Positions 1 to 8,462 of a stretch of 32,000 nucleotides of DNA are shown one piece after another. The position numbers were made by a program, and so were the translations under genes. The DNA is from Desulforamulus reducens MI-1 (lineage in GTDB: Bacteria; Bacillota; Desulfotomaculia; Desulfotomaculales; Desulfotomaculaceae): contig NC_009253.1 in assembly GCF_000016165.1 (NCBI RefSeq), positions 2,893,484-2,925,483 on the forward strand, written 5' to 3'. How positions within the stretch are numbered: the first letter of the stretch is position 1; each line of letters starts with the position of its first letter. The notes under the pieces are model-generated. The model was not told where the DNA came from and made no database searches. It saw only the letters and a program-made list of their open reading frames with translations.

Positions 1-1012
1 TTTCAAAATCTTCCTTTTCTAACAGGCCAACGCTAGGTAGGAAAATCAAGGGTAAAATTAGTACAAAGACCCAGTCTGGGGCAAAGGTAAAGTTTAAAAC
101 TGGTTGTAAAAGATACACACCAATAATAGCAACCACATAAAGCAGCACTCTTAATTCCCTAACATTAAAGGCACCCAATTGCTGGTACTGTTCAGTAACC
201 TTTTTGCGAATAGCTTCGTTTTGATTGGCTTGGTTAATATTTTTTTGAGGTCGATAAATGATAATGGCAGATATTAATGAAAAAGTAATCCAGAATAATG
301 AAGGAATAAAGTTATGTGCAGCCCACTCCACCCATTTGATGGGATGACCTACAGCTTCGGTGTAAAGGCTGTTCACCATGATGTTTTGTGATGCACTGGT
401 AAGAATACCGATTCCGGAAGCAGCCCCGGCAAAGAACGCCACCAGCATTAAGACGGTAGCCTCTTTACTTTTAGGCTGATAACCCATGATCTGGCAGATA
501 CTAATGGCAATGGGAGCAAGTACAGCGAATCGCGCCAAGTTATCAGGACAAATAAACATAAGGACAACACCAATAATCGTAATGGCTACGGATAAGGAAA
601 ACACTGTGTAATTTTTCATTCGTAAAAGTGTCCAGAAAGCAATCCTTTTCCCTAAGCCGGTTACCATAATGGCTAAACCAATCAGCATGGCACCGGGAGT
701 TGTCCAAACAGGAATAGCTCCAAAGGCATCGAAGATAACGTTAGCCGGTGCAAGACCAGAAACTAAATAAAGGACTGGCAGTGTCATGGCTACCATTTCG
801 TTAGGTAATACCTCAACCACCCAGGTAACAACGGCCCACATGGTAAGTGCTAAAAATAACTTGTGATTAGACTCCAAGGGTATCGGTGAAAGCCAAATTG
901 CCAAGGGTATTAAAATAGTTACGGCCCACTTTAAGAGTAATGTACTTATACTTGATGCATTTTTAGTTTTGTTTTCTGCTGATTCAATGGGTGTACAGGT
1001 CACTTCACTCAT
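1..1012 (-). CDS. DASS/SLC13-type anion:cation symporter, N-terminal ~337 codons (3' end lies beyond window start)
   Basis: Absent from the ORF track because it is open to the window edge. My translation starts at ATG 1012..1010, with a GGGGG SD-like run 6 nt upstream. It gives MSEVTCTPIESAENKTKNASSISTLLLKWAVTILIPLAIWLSPIPLESNHKLFLALTMWAVVTWVVEVLPNEMVAMTLPVLYLVSGL...VTGLGKRIAFWTLLRM...APIAISICQIMG and stays open to position 1. The multi-TM pattern resembles CitT/SdcS-type permeases from memory. Confidence 0.65.
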   Translation of the reverse strand, partial: MSEVTCTPIESAENKTKNASSISTLLLKWAVTILIPLAIWLSPIPLESNHKLFLALTMWAVVTWVVEVLPNEMVAMTLPVLYLVSGLAPANVIFDAFGAIPVWTTPGAMLIGLAIMVTGLGKRIAFWTLLRMKNYTVFSLSVAITIIGVVLMFICPDNLARFAVLAPIAISICQIMGYQPKSKEATVLMLVAFFAGAASGIGILTSASQNIMVNSLYTEAVGHPIKWVEWAAHNFIPSLFWITFSLISAIIIYRPQKNINQANQNEAIRKKVTEQYQQLGAFNVRELRVLLYVVAIIGVYLLQPVLNFTFAPDWVFVLILPLIFLPSVGLLEKEDFE

Positions 1013-1206
1013 ATTAAGCCCCCACTCTCTATAATATTTCTAATGTCGTGATTATGTTTATTTTCACTAAATGAATCCTAGAAAACTACATATACCTCCC
1101 CCTGATCACTTTTTGGCGTTCTTTGTCGCATCGCCGACTATGTTTTTATTTTAATTCAGGGATAAATGTCATGTAAAATACACACTAAGTATAATGGTAT
1201 AGGCAA

Positions 1207-1226
1207 AACCTATATGTTTATAAGTT
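1207..1226. promoter_or_regulatory. Imperfect inverted repeat AACCTATA-N4-TATAAGTT, a candidate LysR-type operator in the divergent intergenic region
   Basis: 7/8 complementary half sites, read directly. It lies between the divergent permease (start 1012) and the LysR gene (start 1291). The AT-rich dyad is compatible with a T-N11-A LysR box. No experimental support. Confidence 0.3.
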
Positions 1227-1290
1227 CTTTTGCGTTATAATAAAAAAGATTTCTGTTATTAGTAATAATCATCACAAAGGAGCGAACAAA

Positions 1291-2202
1291 GTGCGATTAG
1301 AGCAGCTGTATTACATCGTAGAAGTTGACAAACAAAAATCCATATCCAAAGCTGCTAAGCAACTTTATATTTCACAACCTTCCCTTAGTTCTGCCATCAG
1401 CAACCTGGAAGATGAATTAAATACTAAAATTTTCATTCGATCTCAAAACGGTGTTGAAGCCACCGAAGCGGGCCGAATTGTTGTTGAAAAAGCCTCCCGA
1501 ATTGTACAGGAGGCTGAGGAAATTAAAAATATGTTTACCGAACAAACCGTAAAGGGTAACATAAACGTTACCACCATGCCGGCCATCTGTAATTTTATTA
1601 TCCTGGAGGTATTCTCCAGTTTTAAGGAAGAATATCCCCATATAAATATTCATATTCGAGAAGAGGACAATACAAATATCCTACGGGAACTAGACAGCGG
1701 TGACACAGACATCGGAATAATTGGCCTATGTGATTATGAAAAAAAAGATTTTCTGGTAAAAGCCAGAAAAAATAATATTTATTATGAAGATCTGTTTTTA
1801 GATGAGTTATGCTTCTATGCAGGACCTAATAACCCTTTATCCTATAAGCATCAGGTGAGCATAGAAGAGATATACAATTATCCTTTGGTTATCTATAAAA
1901 ATAACGTATCAGACAAGGACTTAGAGGAGTTTGGTAATACTAAACATCTAAATATTTTACGTTTTAACGACCGGGAAAGTATTAAAAGAATGGCATCTCA
2001 AGGAAATGGGTTGGCATTGTTACCCCGTGTTATGTCGTTAAATGACATCTATGTACTCTCGGGAAAATTGGTACCGTTAGATATTGCAAACCTAAAGATA
2101 CCTCTCTCTATCGGTATTGTATATAAGAAGAGTTATTTACCTGTTATACAAAAGGAATTTATTTTGTACTTAAAAAACATTATTGCAAATATAATAAAAT
2201 AA
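1291..2202 (+). CDS. LysR-family transcriptional regulator
   Basis: 303-aa ORF with a GTG start preceded by AAAGGAG. The N-terminal wHTH (MRLEQLYYIVEVDKQKSISKAAKQLYISQPSLSSAISNLEDELNTKIFIRSQNGVEATEAG) is typical of LysR, followed by a substrate-binding-type C-terminal domain. Divergent from the permease. Confidence 0.9.
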   Translation: MRLEQLYYIVEVDKQKSISKAAKQLYISQPSLSSAISNLEDELNTKIFIRSQNGVEATEAGRIVVEKASRIVQEAEEIKNMFTEQTVKGNINVTTMPAICNFIILEVFSSFKEEYPHINIHIREEDNTNILRELDSGDTDIGIIGLCDYEKKDFLVKARKNNIYYEDLFLDELCFYAGPNNPLSYKHQVSIEEIYNYPLVIYKNNVSDKDLEEFGNTKHLNILRFNDRESIKRMASQGNGLALLPRVMSLNDIYVLSGKLVPLDIANLKIPLSIGIVYKKSYLPVIQKEFILYLKNIIANIIK

Positions 2203-2243
2203 GATTTTTTCCGTTTAGGTTGATACCGATATTTGACCAACAG

Positions 2244-2289
2244 ATATCCCCCTCTATACATAGTAAAAGATATGTATAGAGGGGGATAT
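2244..2289. terminator. Bidirectional intrinsic terminator hairpin between convergent lysR-type gene and adh
   Basis: Perfect 19-bp stem (ATATCCCCCTCTATACATA / TATGTATAGAGGGGGATAT) with an 8-nt loop and AT-rich flanks on both sides. Confidence 0.7.
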
Positions 2290-2347
2290 TTAATATTACT
2301 CAATAGATTTTAGCTAAGTCATTCATGGGCTGCAGGAGATTATTTAT

Positions 2348-3463
2348 CTACACAAGTTCCACCAGGTTGCTTCTCCTCAGCATTTCATAAATATCCTTCT
2401 CCTCAGGCCTTCTGGGACAGTTGGTCAGGTTTTTGGCCTGCAGGGTTTTTTCCACAAACCTTGCCTGTTCTTCGGCGGTTAGCTTAATATCTACAGCCGG
2501 CAACACTTTATTGAACAAGTTTCCTACTTCTGCAAGGTCATGACAGCCCATTGCTTTTATTACCTGTTTCACCCTGTCGGGGGCATCCTGAGCCATAAAC
2601 TCCAGAGCGGCTTTCGTGGTCACACCGTTGGCCAAGCCGTGGGGCAGATCCTTATAATAGGTTAATGGATAGCCCAGGGCATGAACTACACTTGTGCCAG
2701 TTTGAGCAATGACGATGCCTGCCAACGTGGAGGCGTAGAGCAATTCTTCCCTCTCAGCCAGGGAAATACTATCAGGGTTTATAGTTCTCAACAACTGGCC
2801 AAGGATACGGATGCTTTCCAGGGCCAACAGGTCGGAATAAACTGTGGCACGGTTGCTGATATACCCCTCGATACTATGGGACAGGGCATCCACCGCAGTA
2901 TTGGCAGTGATACTCCATGGTAGGTTCAGCATATATCTGCCATCAAGGAAGGCTAGGGTTGGAAACAGCTTCTCCCCGGCAATGGACATCTTGGTTTCTG
3001 CCCAATCCACCGTCAATACGGCATAGGGAGTTACCTCACTGCCGGTACCGGCAGTGGTGGGAACTGCTACCGTTGGCAGAGGTTCATTGGTCCATTTCTT
3101 GGCCATTAAATCCTGCTGGCTTATCTCGTTAATCGCCATGACAGCTATGGCTTTGGCAGCATCCAGGGGACTGCCCCCGCCGATACCAACGATGAAATCA
3201 GCTCCCATTTCCTTAGCCCGCTGCCCCCCTCGTAATACGGTGGCAAGGCTGGGGTTTTGTTCTACCTCATTAAATATTTGATATTCAATTCCTTCTTTAT
3301 GTAGGGCAGTAGTCATGTCCTCCAGGGAACCATTCTTTTTAGAAGAACTACCTCCGGTGACAATCAAGGCTCTCTTACCTAAGGCCGCCAGTTCACTGCT
3401 GTTTTGTTCTAGGCAGCCCTGGCCAAAGAATAACTTGGTGGGACAGTAAAAATTGAATTGCAT
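2348..3463 (-). CDS. Iron-containing (group III) alcohol dehydrogenase family protein
   Basis: 371-aa ORF, ATG with GGAGGG 6 nt upstream. Fe-ADH hallmarks are present: GGGSPLDAAKA glycine-rich NAD(P) motif and the metal-ligand histidine region (ALSHSIEGY, VVHALGYPL). Confidence 0.85.
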   Translation of the reverse strand: MQFNFYCPTKLFFGQGCLEQNSSELAALGKRALIVTGGSSSKKNGSLEDMTTALHKEGIEYQIFNEVEQNPSLATVLRGGQRAKEMGADFIVGIGGGSPLDAAKAIAVMAINEISQQDLMAKKWTNEPLPTVAVPTTAGTGSEVTPYAVLTVDWAETKMSIAGEKLFPTLAFLDGRYMLNLPWSITANTAVDALSHSIEGYISNRATVYSDLLALESIRILGQLLRTINPDSISLAEREELLYASTLAGIVIAQTGTSVVHALGYPLTYYKDLPHGLANGVTTKAALEFMAQDAPDRVKQVIKAMGCHDLAEVGNLFNKVLPAVDIKLTAEEQARFVEKTLQAKNLTNCPRRPEEKDIYEMLRRSNLVELV

Positions 3464-3618
3464 AGGATACCCTCCTGTATCAGTAAAGTAATCAGTACTT
3501 GTTCCCTATTTTATCACCTATTTCCTTAAATTTTTCAACTCATAACATGATTTATCAAGCCAAAGGAGCAGTTTTTTGATACACCACAGTAGAGTCTAAT
3601 ATCATGCAATACTCGATT

Positions 3619-4344
3619 CTATGACCATGGCTCCACCCTCAACCGCCGAGCAAATCGCCGCAATATCTGCGTAAACCGTTCTCCAAAAAATAGGTAAAAC
3701 ATGCTATTGCCTATTGCATGCATGGCATCAATGGAAAAGCTGGCTGCATAAGTAGCCAAAAAGGTTTGCCACGTGTGGGGATATACAAACCCCAGCCAAT
3801 GCCAAAGATTCATAATCCAACCATATAGGAAACCCCAACTAAAAAGAAACAAAACCATTGCCCAACGCTGTATATGAGGAAATACTTTGGACAGAAAACT
3901 GCCTGAGGCTCCAGCCAACCCCCAGGCCAGCATCTGCCAGGGAGTCCATGGACCCTGTCCCAGGAAGAAGTTGGAGACCAATGCTGCAGAAGCACCCACC
4001 ATGAATCCGGCCCGTAGACCGAAAACATACCCGCTTAAAACCGTCAAAAAGGTGACAGGCTGAATGCCAGGCAAAAAAGAAAAGGGGACCCTGCTGGCAG
4101 CAGCAAGGGCTCCCAAGGCGGCAATTATAGCCAGTTCCCGGGAGGAAGCCTGCTTTTGTTCAAAGGCTATAAACAACAAGGCCAAGATCAAAAAGGCCAC
4201 ACCCAGACCCAGCAATCCCCAGTTTTGCCCTCCAGCTACCTGGTTACTGAAGCTACCAGCGGTTATCCATAAAATCGCTGCCACAGCCAGCCCTAGTGCC
4301 CATCTCCCCCATTTTTTACGTCTAAACAGTTTTCCTTCTCCCAC
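3619..4344 (-). CDS. ECF-transporter substrate-capture (S) component, putative corrinoid-specific; unusually long (241 aa)
   Basis: All-hydrophobic multi-TM protein. GTG start with AGGGGGA 6 nt upstream, overlapping the ATPase gene by 23 nt. It is the last gene of the riboswitch-controlled operon, directly after ecfT and ecfAA'. Substrate assignment rests on context only. Confidence 0.6.
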   Translation of the reverse strand: MGEGKLFRRKKWGRWALGLAVAAILWITAGSFSNQVAGGQNWGLLGLGVAFLILALLFIAFEQKQASSRELAIIAALGALAAASRVPFSFLPGIQPVTFLTVLSGYVFGLRAGFMVGASAALVSNFFLGQGPWTPWQMLAWGLAGASGSFLSKVFPHIQRWAMVLFLFSWGFLYGWIMNLWHWLGFVYPHTWQTFLATYAASFSIDAMHAIGNSMFYLFFGERFTQILRRFARRLRVEPWS

Positions 4345-6085
4345 TTATAATCCCCCTGCCTTTACTCCGCAACAATTCCCACCGGGCCAACGCTTCTTCT
4401 ACCGTAAGAAGGGGATTGGTAAATCCCTGGCTCAACCTGCCCAATTGGGTGGTATAAAAAATTCCATTGCCCATTACATCCAAGGTTGACCCCTTACGGA
4501 CAAGCCTGCCCCGATGAAGCACAGCCACATGGGAAGCAGTCCGGGCTGCAAATTCTATATCATGGGTAATCATGATAACGGCAGCACCGCCTTGAGTGTA
4601 TTCTCGAAGTCGCATGGTCAACTCTTCTTTCAAGCGCACATCCATGCCCCGGGTCGGTTCGTCCAGCAATAAAAGATCCGGACGGGTAACCAGTACCGAT
4701 GCAAGGGCAACCCTCTGGCGCTGACCACCGCTTAAGTCCCGGGGATGACAATGTCGGTACTCGTCTAAGTGAAAACCTTGCAGCAATTGCTCCACAATGC
4801 CATCGTCTGGCAATCCATATTGTTTCAAGCTAAAAGCAATTTCTTCTTGTACCGTATCCTGAAGCAAGTAGTCATTGGGGTTCTGGGCCAGATAGGCCAG
4901 ACGCCCCGGTCTCCCTACTAGGCCATGTTTCTTGTGGCCTTTATCAACCACAGTAATACAGCCCCGACCCGGTTTCAATAACCCGGCGATCAGTTTGAGT
5001 AAGGTGGATTTCCCGGCCCCATTGGCACCCAAGATCACGAGCAATTCCCCCGGAAAAATTTTCAGACTCAAATCCTTAACGGCCTCATGACCGTCAGGAT
5101 AAGCATACCACAGCCGGTCCAAGGACACCGACGGTTCTCGCCTTGGTTCCTGATCAGTCCTATGTACAGTTTCTGACAGGATGGGACCACTTATTTTCCT
5201 CTGTTCTGTAGTCCGAGAAAGACCCCGGCGAACCCCTTCCTGCCCAGAGAGCTCTTTTTGTCTATCCATGAACTGGCCCATGAACTTTCGCCCCGCCGCA
5301 ATGGTGATGGGAAGTGGCTTTATCCCTATTCTGGCAAAAAAGGTGGCCACTGGCGGCAAAAAGGGAACTCCTCGTTCCACGGCCCACTCCGCCATCCTGT
5401 CCGGTGGATCATTGAAGCGCACCTGTCCTTTTTCCATGTATAACACCCGATCGGCTAGATGAAAACACCTCTCCAAACGCTGTTCTACCAAAATGATGGT
5501 CATGCCCATCTCTTCATTCAACCGCCGAAGAAAAGCAAGTATTTCTTCGGCTGCCACCGGATCTAACTGGGAGGTGGGCTCATCCAAAATCAAAACCCTT
5601 GGGCGCATGGCCAAAACCGCACCCAAAACCAAGCGCTGTTTCTCCCCACCAGAGAGTTGTTGCACTGCTTTATGAGTTAAAGAGGATAAGTTTAAAAAAT
5701 CCATGACCTCTGCCATGCGCCAGCCCATTTCTTCTTCGGGCATACCCAGGTTTTCCAGACCAAAGGCCAGTTCAGCCTCCACATTGGTCATCACCAGTTG
5801 TTTTTCCGGGTCTTGAAAGACAATACCCACTTCCCTGGCCATTTGGCCTGGCTCCATTTGAGGAATGGATTGATTGCGGTAAGTTAATTGACCGCCAAAA
5901 CGTCCTCCATAAAATCGGGGGATTAAACCGGCCAATGCCCGGGCTAGAGAAGATTTCCCAGACCCCGATCCACCCAAAACCAGTACGAACTCACCTTCCT
6001 CTATGTTCAAATTGATTTGATCCAGAGCCGGTTGCTGGGAATCCGGGTAACAATACATCAAATTTTTGATCGTAAAGATGGCCAT
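4322..6085 (-). CDS. ecfA: ECF-transporter ATPase, fused tandem A-A' (two ABC domains in one polypeptide)
   Basis: Two full ABC cassettes. Walker A: GGSGSGKSS and GANGAGKST. Signature: LSGGEKQRL and LSGGQRQRV. Walker B: LILDEPTS and LLLDEPTR. I place the start at ATG 6085 (MAIFTIKNLMYCYPD, GGGGGTGG SD 6 nt upstream) rather than the ORF-track 6220, whose first 45 codons overlap ecfT. Confidence 0.9.
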   Translation of the reverse strand: MAIFTIKNLMYCYPDSQQPALDQINLNIEEGEFVLVLGGSGSGKSSLARALAGLIPRFYGGRFGGQLTYRNQSIPQMEPGQMAREVGIVFQDPEKQLVMTNVEAELAFGLENLGMPEEEMGWRMAEVMDFLNLSSLTHKAVQQLSGGEKQRLVLGAVLAMRPRVLILDEPTSQLDPVAAEEILAFLRRLNEEMGMTIILVEQRLERCFHLADRVLYMEKGQVRFNDPPDRMAEWAVERGVPFLPPVATFFARIGIKPLPITIAAGRKFMGQFMDRQKELSGQEGVRRGLSRTTEQRKISGPILSETVHRTDQEPRREPSVSLDRLWYAYPDGHEAVKDLSLKIFPGELLVILGANGAGKSTLLKLIAGLLKPGRGCITVVDKGHKKHGLVGRPGRLAYLAQNPNDYLLQDTVQEEIAFSLKQYGLPDDGIVEQLLQGFHLDEYRHCHPRDLSGGQRQRVALASVLVTRPDLLLLDEPTRGMDVRLKEELTMRLREYTQGGAAVIMITHDIEFAARTASHVAVLHRGRLVRKGSTLDVMGNGIFYTTQLGRLSQGFTNPLLTVEEALARWELLRSKGRGIISGRRKTV

Positions 6086-6987
6086 CGGTTCCACCCCCAA
6101 TTTAAGAGCATTGGTACAGAAAGTCCTGAAAACAAGGCTATGAATATCCCCAGCCCCTTTTTGTCCATCAGCAGGGGATCCAGTGCCGGATAAAAAGTAA
6201 AAAGCAAGCTGCCTTCCCAAATTCCATAGAGGAACACCGCCAAGACGATAAATATACCGGTCAGGCAGATACTATCCCGGGGCCGCCAAAGATCCCGGCG
6301 GTAGCGGGTGCGGGGACCACTGTTAAACCCTCGGGCCTCCATGGCTTCCGCCGTCTCCAATGCGTCTTCCAAAGACGAATACAATAGAGTTTCCACCAGA
6401 CCACCATACTTGCCTAGCCGTTCCCGTCGGGATCCCTGTTCAAATTGGACACCCCTCAGTCGCTGGATTTCCTGGATACTCTTCAGCCTTTGGGCCACGG
6501 TGGGAAACAAACGGGTGGCCAAAGATAGCACCAAGGCGGAGCGAAAAAGAGTCCCTGAAAACAGAGAGAGAATCTGATCGGGATGAACCATACGACTAAA
6601 GAGAAAAAATAAACTAAAGGCATTTAACAATTTTAAACTCATGGCAGCTCCATAACAGATGGCCTCCAAAGTTATGAACATGTGTCCCAACAAGGGTAGT
6701 TTTGGCCCCCACCAGAGGATAGTTTCCCCTGCTCTGACAAAAAGCGGGTTGACAAACAGCACAATGACACTCATCATCAGGCCAAGCCGCATATAATTAT
6801 TCCAGTCTTCGACGCTTCTAAGCCCCTGGGCCATGGTGGCTGACAAACAGAGCGTGCCTACCAAAAATACGGGATGGTCCAGGAGCATGATGAGAATAAG
6901 CATGCAAAGGAAATAACTCACTGCAACTCCCGGATGAAAGCGGGTTAACAGCGGCGTTAAAGTAAAGGTGTTTTCCCCATTCCCCAT
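6058..6987 (-). CDS. ecfT: ECF-transporter transmembrane (T) component, CbiQ/EcfT family
   Basis: Multi-TM protein with the characteristic C-terminal coupling motif (LEDALETAEAMEARGF). Start placed at ATG 6987 (MGNGENTF..., GAGGA SD, 10 nt after the upstream stop) instead of 7053. Overlaps the ATPase gene by 28 nt. Confidence 0.85.
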   Translation of the reverse strand: MGNGENTFTLTPLLTRFHPGVAVSYFLCMLILIMLLDHPVFLVGTLCLSATMAQGLRSVEDWNNYMRLGLMMSVIVLFVNPLFVRAGETILWWGPKLPLLGHMFITLEAICYGAAMSLKLLNAFSLFFLFSRMVHPDQILSLFSGTLFRSALVLSLATRLFPTVAQRLKSIQEIQRLRGVQFEQGSRRERLGKYGGLVETLLYSSLEDALETAEAMEARGFNSGPRTRYRRDLWRPRDSICLTGIFIVLAVFLYGIWEGSLLFTFYPALDPLLMDKKGLGIFIALFSGLSVPMLLNWGWNRWPSLRSKI

Positions 6988-6997
6988 ATGTTTTTCC

Positions 6998-8422
6998 TCA
7001 AGGACGGATAATAACCGCCTGTTCCCTTTCATCCCAAGATACTCTATAGCCAAAACCCTCGGCTACGAAACGAGCCGGGAGAAAAATCCTTCCCTGTTGC
7101 AGAACGGGTTCCACATCCATCTTCCTTTTCTGTCCGTTGACTAGGTTATATTTTTCTCCTAGCACCAATTGCACCTGCTGTTGTTCATGTTCTAGAGAAA
7201 CCCTTTGCGTCTGTTGGTCCCATCGGATACCGTTGTCCCGAATACCCAAGGCCTTGGCCATGTATCTCACCGGAACAAAGATACGTCCTTCTTGTACAAG
7301 GGGGGCCACGTCCATCGGCTCCTTTAGGGTGCTTCCTTGTCTGCTCACCCCATAGGTTGCTTCACCGGGCTGAAAGCGTACTTCATCAACCAAAGCAAGG
7401 ATTGACGGGGAGAGACTTTCCTGGTTGTTACGTTCTTGAGACAATCCCCTAAAAAATGGTTGGGAAGTTGCTAGGCTGTATAGCCCAAGGGCTCCCTGGG
7501 CTGTGGCCAGGGTATTGGCCCCGCCTCCTTGGAGATGGGCAAAGGCACCATCGGGGAGTTGAAAGGATTGTAACGCCTCCAGCAGTCCGCCTTTTTTTTG
7601 CCAGGGTTTATCTGCAGGATCGGCTCCTACCGCCAACAATCCGCTGATAACCATAAAGGTGCTTTCGGGATTCTCCACCCCCCAGGATTGGAAGCCGCCT
7701 GATTTCTGTTGTGCCCCTGCCAGATAGGCCAGCGCCTTATCCACCACGGGACTGCCGACCCTTTCTCCCAATGCGCCCAAAGCTATCAGGGCCATGCCAG
7801 TGGAATCCACATCAGCGGTCTCTCGATTCTGAACATCCCAGTTAAAGGAACCATCGGCATGCTGTTGAGCAATTAAATACCCAAGGGCCTTTTTGCGGCT
7901 TTCTGCCGCCCAGGGTTGACCATGGGCAGCCAGAAGAACTGAAACCCACATGTGGGTATTGTTAAGTCGGCTACCGCCCTCCACCAAATTGTCAGGAAAC
8001 TTGCCACTGGGCAGTTGGGATTGACACAACCTCTGAAACAGATCATCCCCCTCAAAATTACCGGGATCCTTTCCGGCGGCCAATAGGAGGAAAACCAAAT
8101 TTACATAATCATTGGTTTCCCCAGACTCACGGGTATAGGCTGCCTGTTCTGCAATGGCTTTATGGATGGATGTCTCTTCCATGGCTCGGCCGCTCAACTT
8201 TAAGGCCATGTACCCCCAATGTGGCAGGCTCCCCTGCCTTTTTTCCAGAGCAGACAAGTAGGCAGTGGCCTTAGAGAATGACTCCTGGGCCTGCGTATTT
8301 CCAATAGCCAAGGCTGGCACCATGGCATTCACTAACATAATAAACGTGGTCAATATAGCAATATATCTGGCTTTTAGAGATTTTCTAACATAATGCATCC
8401 TATGATTGGTATGTTCATTCAA
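6998..8422 (-). CDS. Secreted protein: N-terminal prenyltransferase/terpene-cyclase-like alpha/alpha-toroid repeats plus C-terminal copper-amine-oxidase-N-terminal-like 'stalk' domain
   Basis: TTG start with AAGGAGG 9 nt upstream. Signal-like N-terminus (KARYIAILTTFIMLVNAMVPALAIG). Repeated Q-x-x-DG-x-F/W motifs: QLPSGKFPDN, QQHADGSFNWD, QQKSGGFQSWG, FQLPDGAFAH. The C-terminus has duplicated 'EGRIFVPVRYMAKALG / QGRIFLPARFVAEGFG' motifs typical of the Cu_amine_oxidN1 fold. Confidence 0.7.
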   Translation of the reverse strand: MNEHTNHRMHYVRKSLKARYIAILTTFIMLVNAMVPALAIGNTQAQESFSKATAYLSALEKRQGSLPHWGYMALKLSGRAMEETSIHKAIAEQAAYTRESGETNDYVNLVFLLLAAGKDPGNFEGDDLFQRLCQSQLPSGKFPDNLVEGGSRLNNTHMWVSVLLAAHGQPWAAESRKKALGYLIAQQHADGSFNWDVQNRETADVDSTGMALIALGALGERVGSPVVDKALAYLAGAQQKSGGFQSWGVENPESTFMVISGLLAVGADPADKPWQKKGGLLEALQSFQLPDGAFAHLQGGGANTLATAQGALGLYSLATSQPFFRGLSQERNNQESLSPSILALVDEVRFQPGEATYGVSRQGSTLKEPMDVAPLVQEGRIFVPVRYMAKALGIRDNGIRWDQQTQRVSLEHEQQQVQLVLGEKYNLVNGQKRKMDVEPVLQQGRIFLPARFVAEGFGYRVSWDEREQAVIIRP

Positions 8423-8462
8423 AATAACGGTCCTCCTTTCCCTCTTAGAGCTAACTTTAACT

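Noticed and set aside
4064-4489. 141-aa plus-strand ORF antisense to the S-component/ATPase junction, and the many other 60-126-aa ORFs nested antisense or out of frame in long genes (e.g. 1417-1653, 2681-3281, 5181-5675, 6308-6599, 7137-7647, 8406-9094, 10017-10319, 15995-16789, 18051-19684, 21202-22523, 23020-23241, 26112-26421, 28271-28819, 30423-31827)
   Set aside because: All lie inside strongly supported genes on the opposite strand or in another frame. They lack SD sequences and have low-complexity or Pro/Arg/Ser-rich composition typical of antisense translation of coding DNA.
6086-6220. N-terminal 45-codon extension of the ORF-track 632-aa ABC ATPase (start at 6220)
   Set aside because: The extension lies wholly inside ecfT in another frame and has no ABC-domain similarity. 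The internal ATG at 6085 has a strong SD and begins exactly at the conserved first beta-strand (MAIFTIKNL.Y).
6988-7053. N-terminal 22-codon extension of the EcfT ORF (start at 7053)
   Set aside because: It overlaps the 3' end of the upstream 474-aa gene. ATG 6987 has a GAGGA SD and gives a 10-nt intergenic gap. The extension is hydrophilic and unlike EcfT N-termini.
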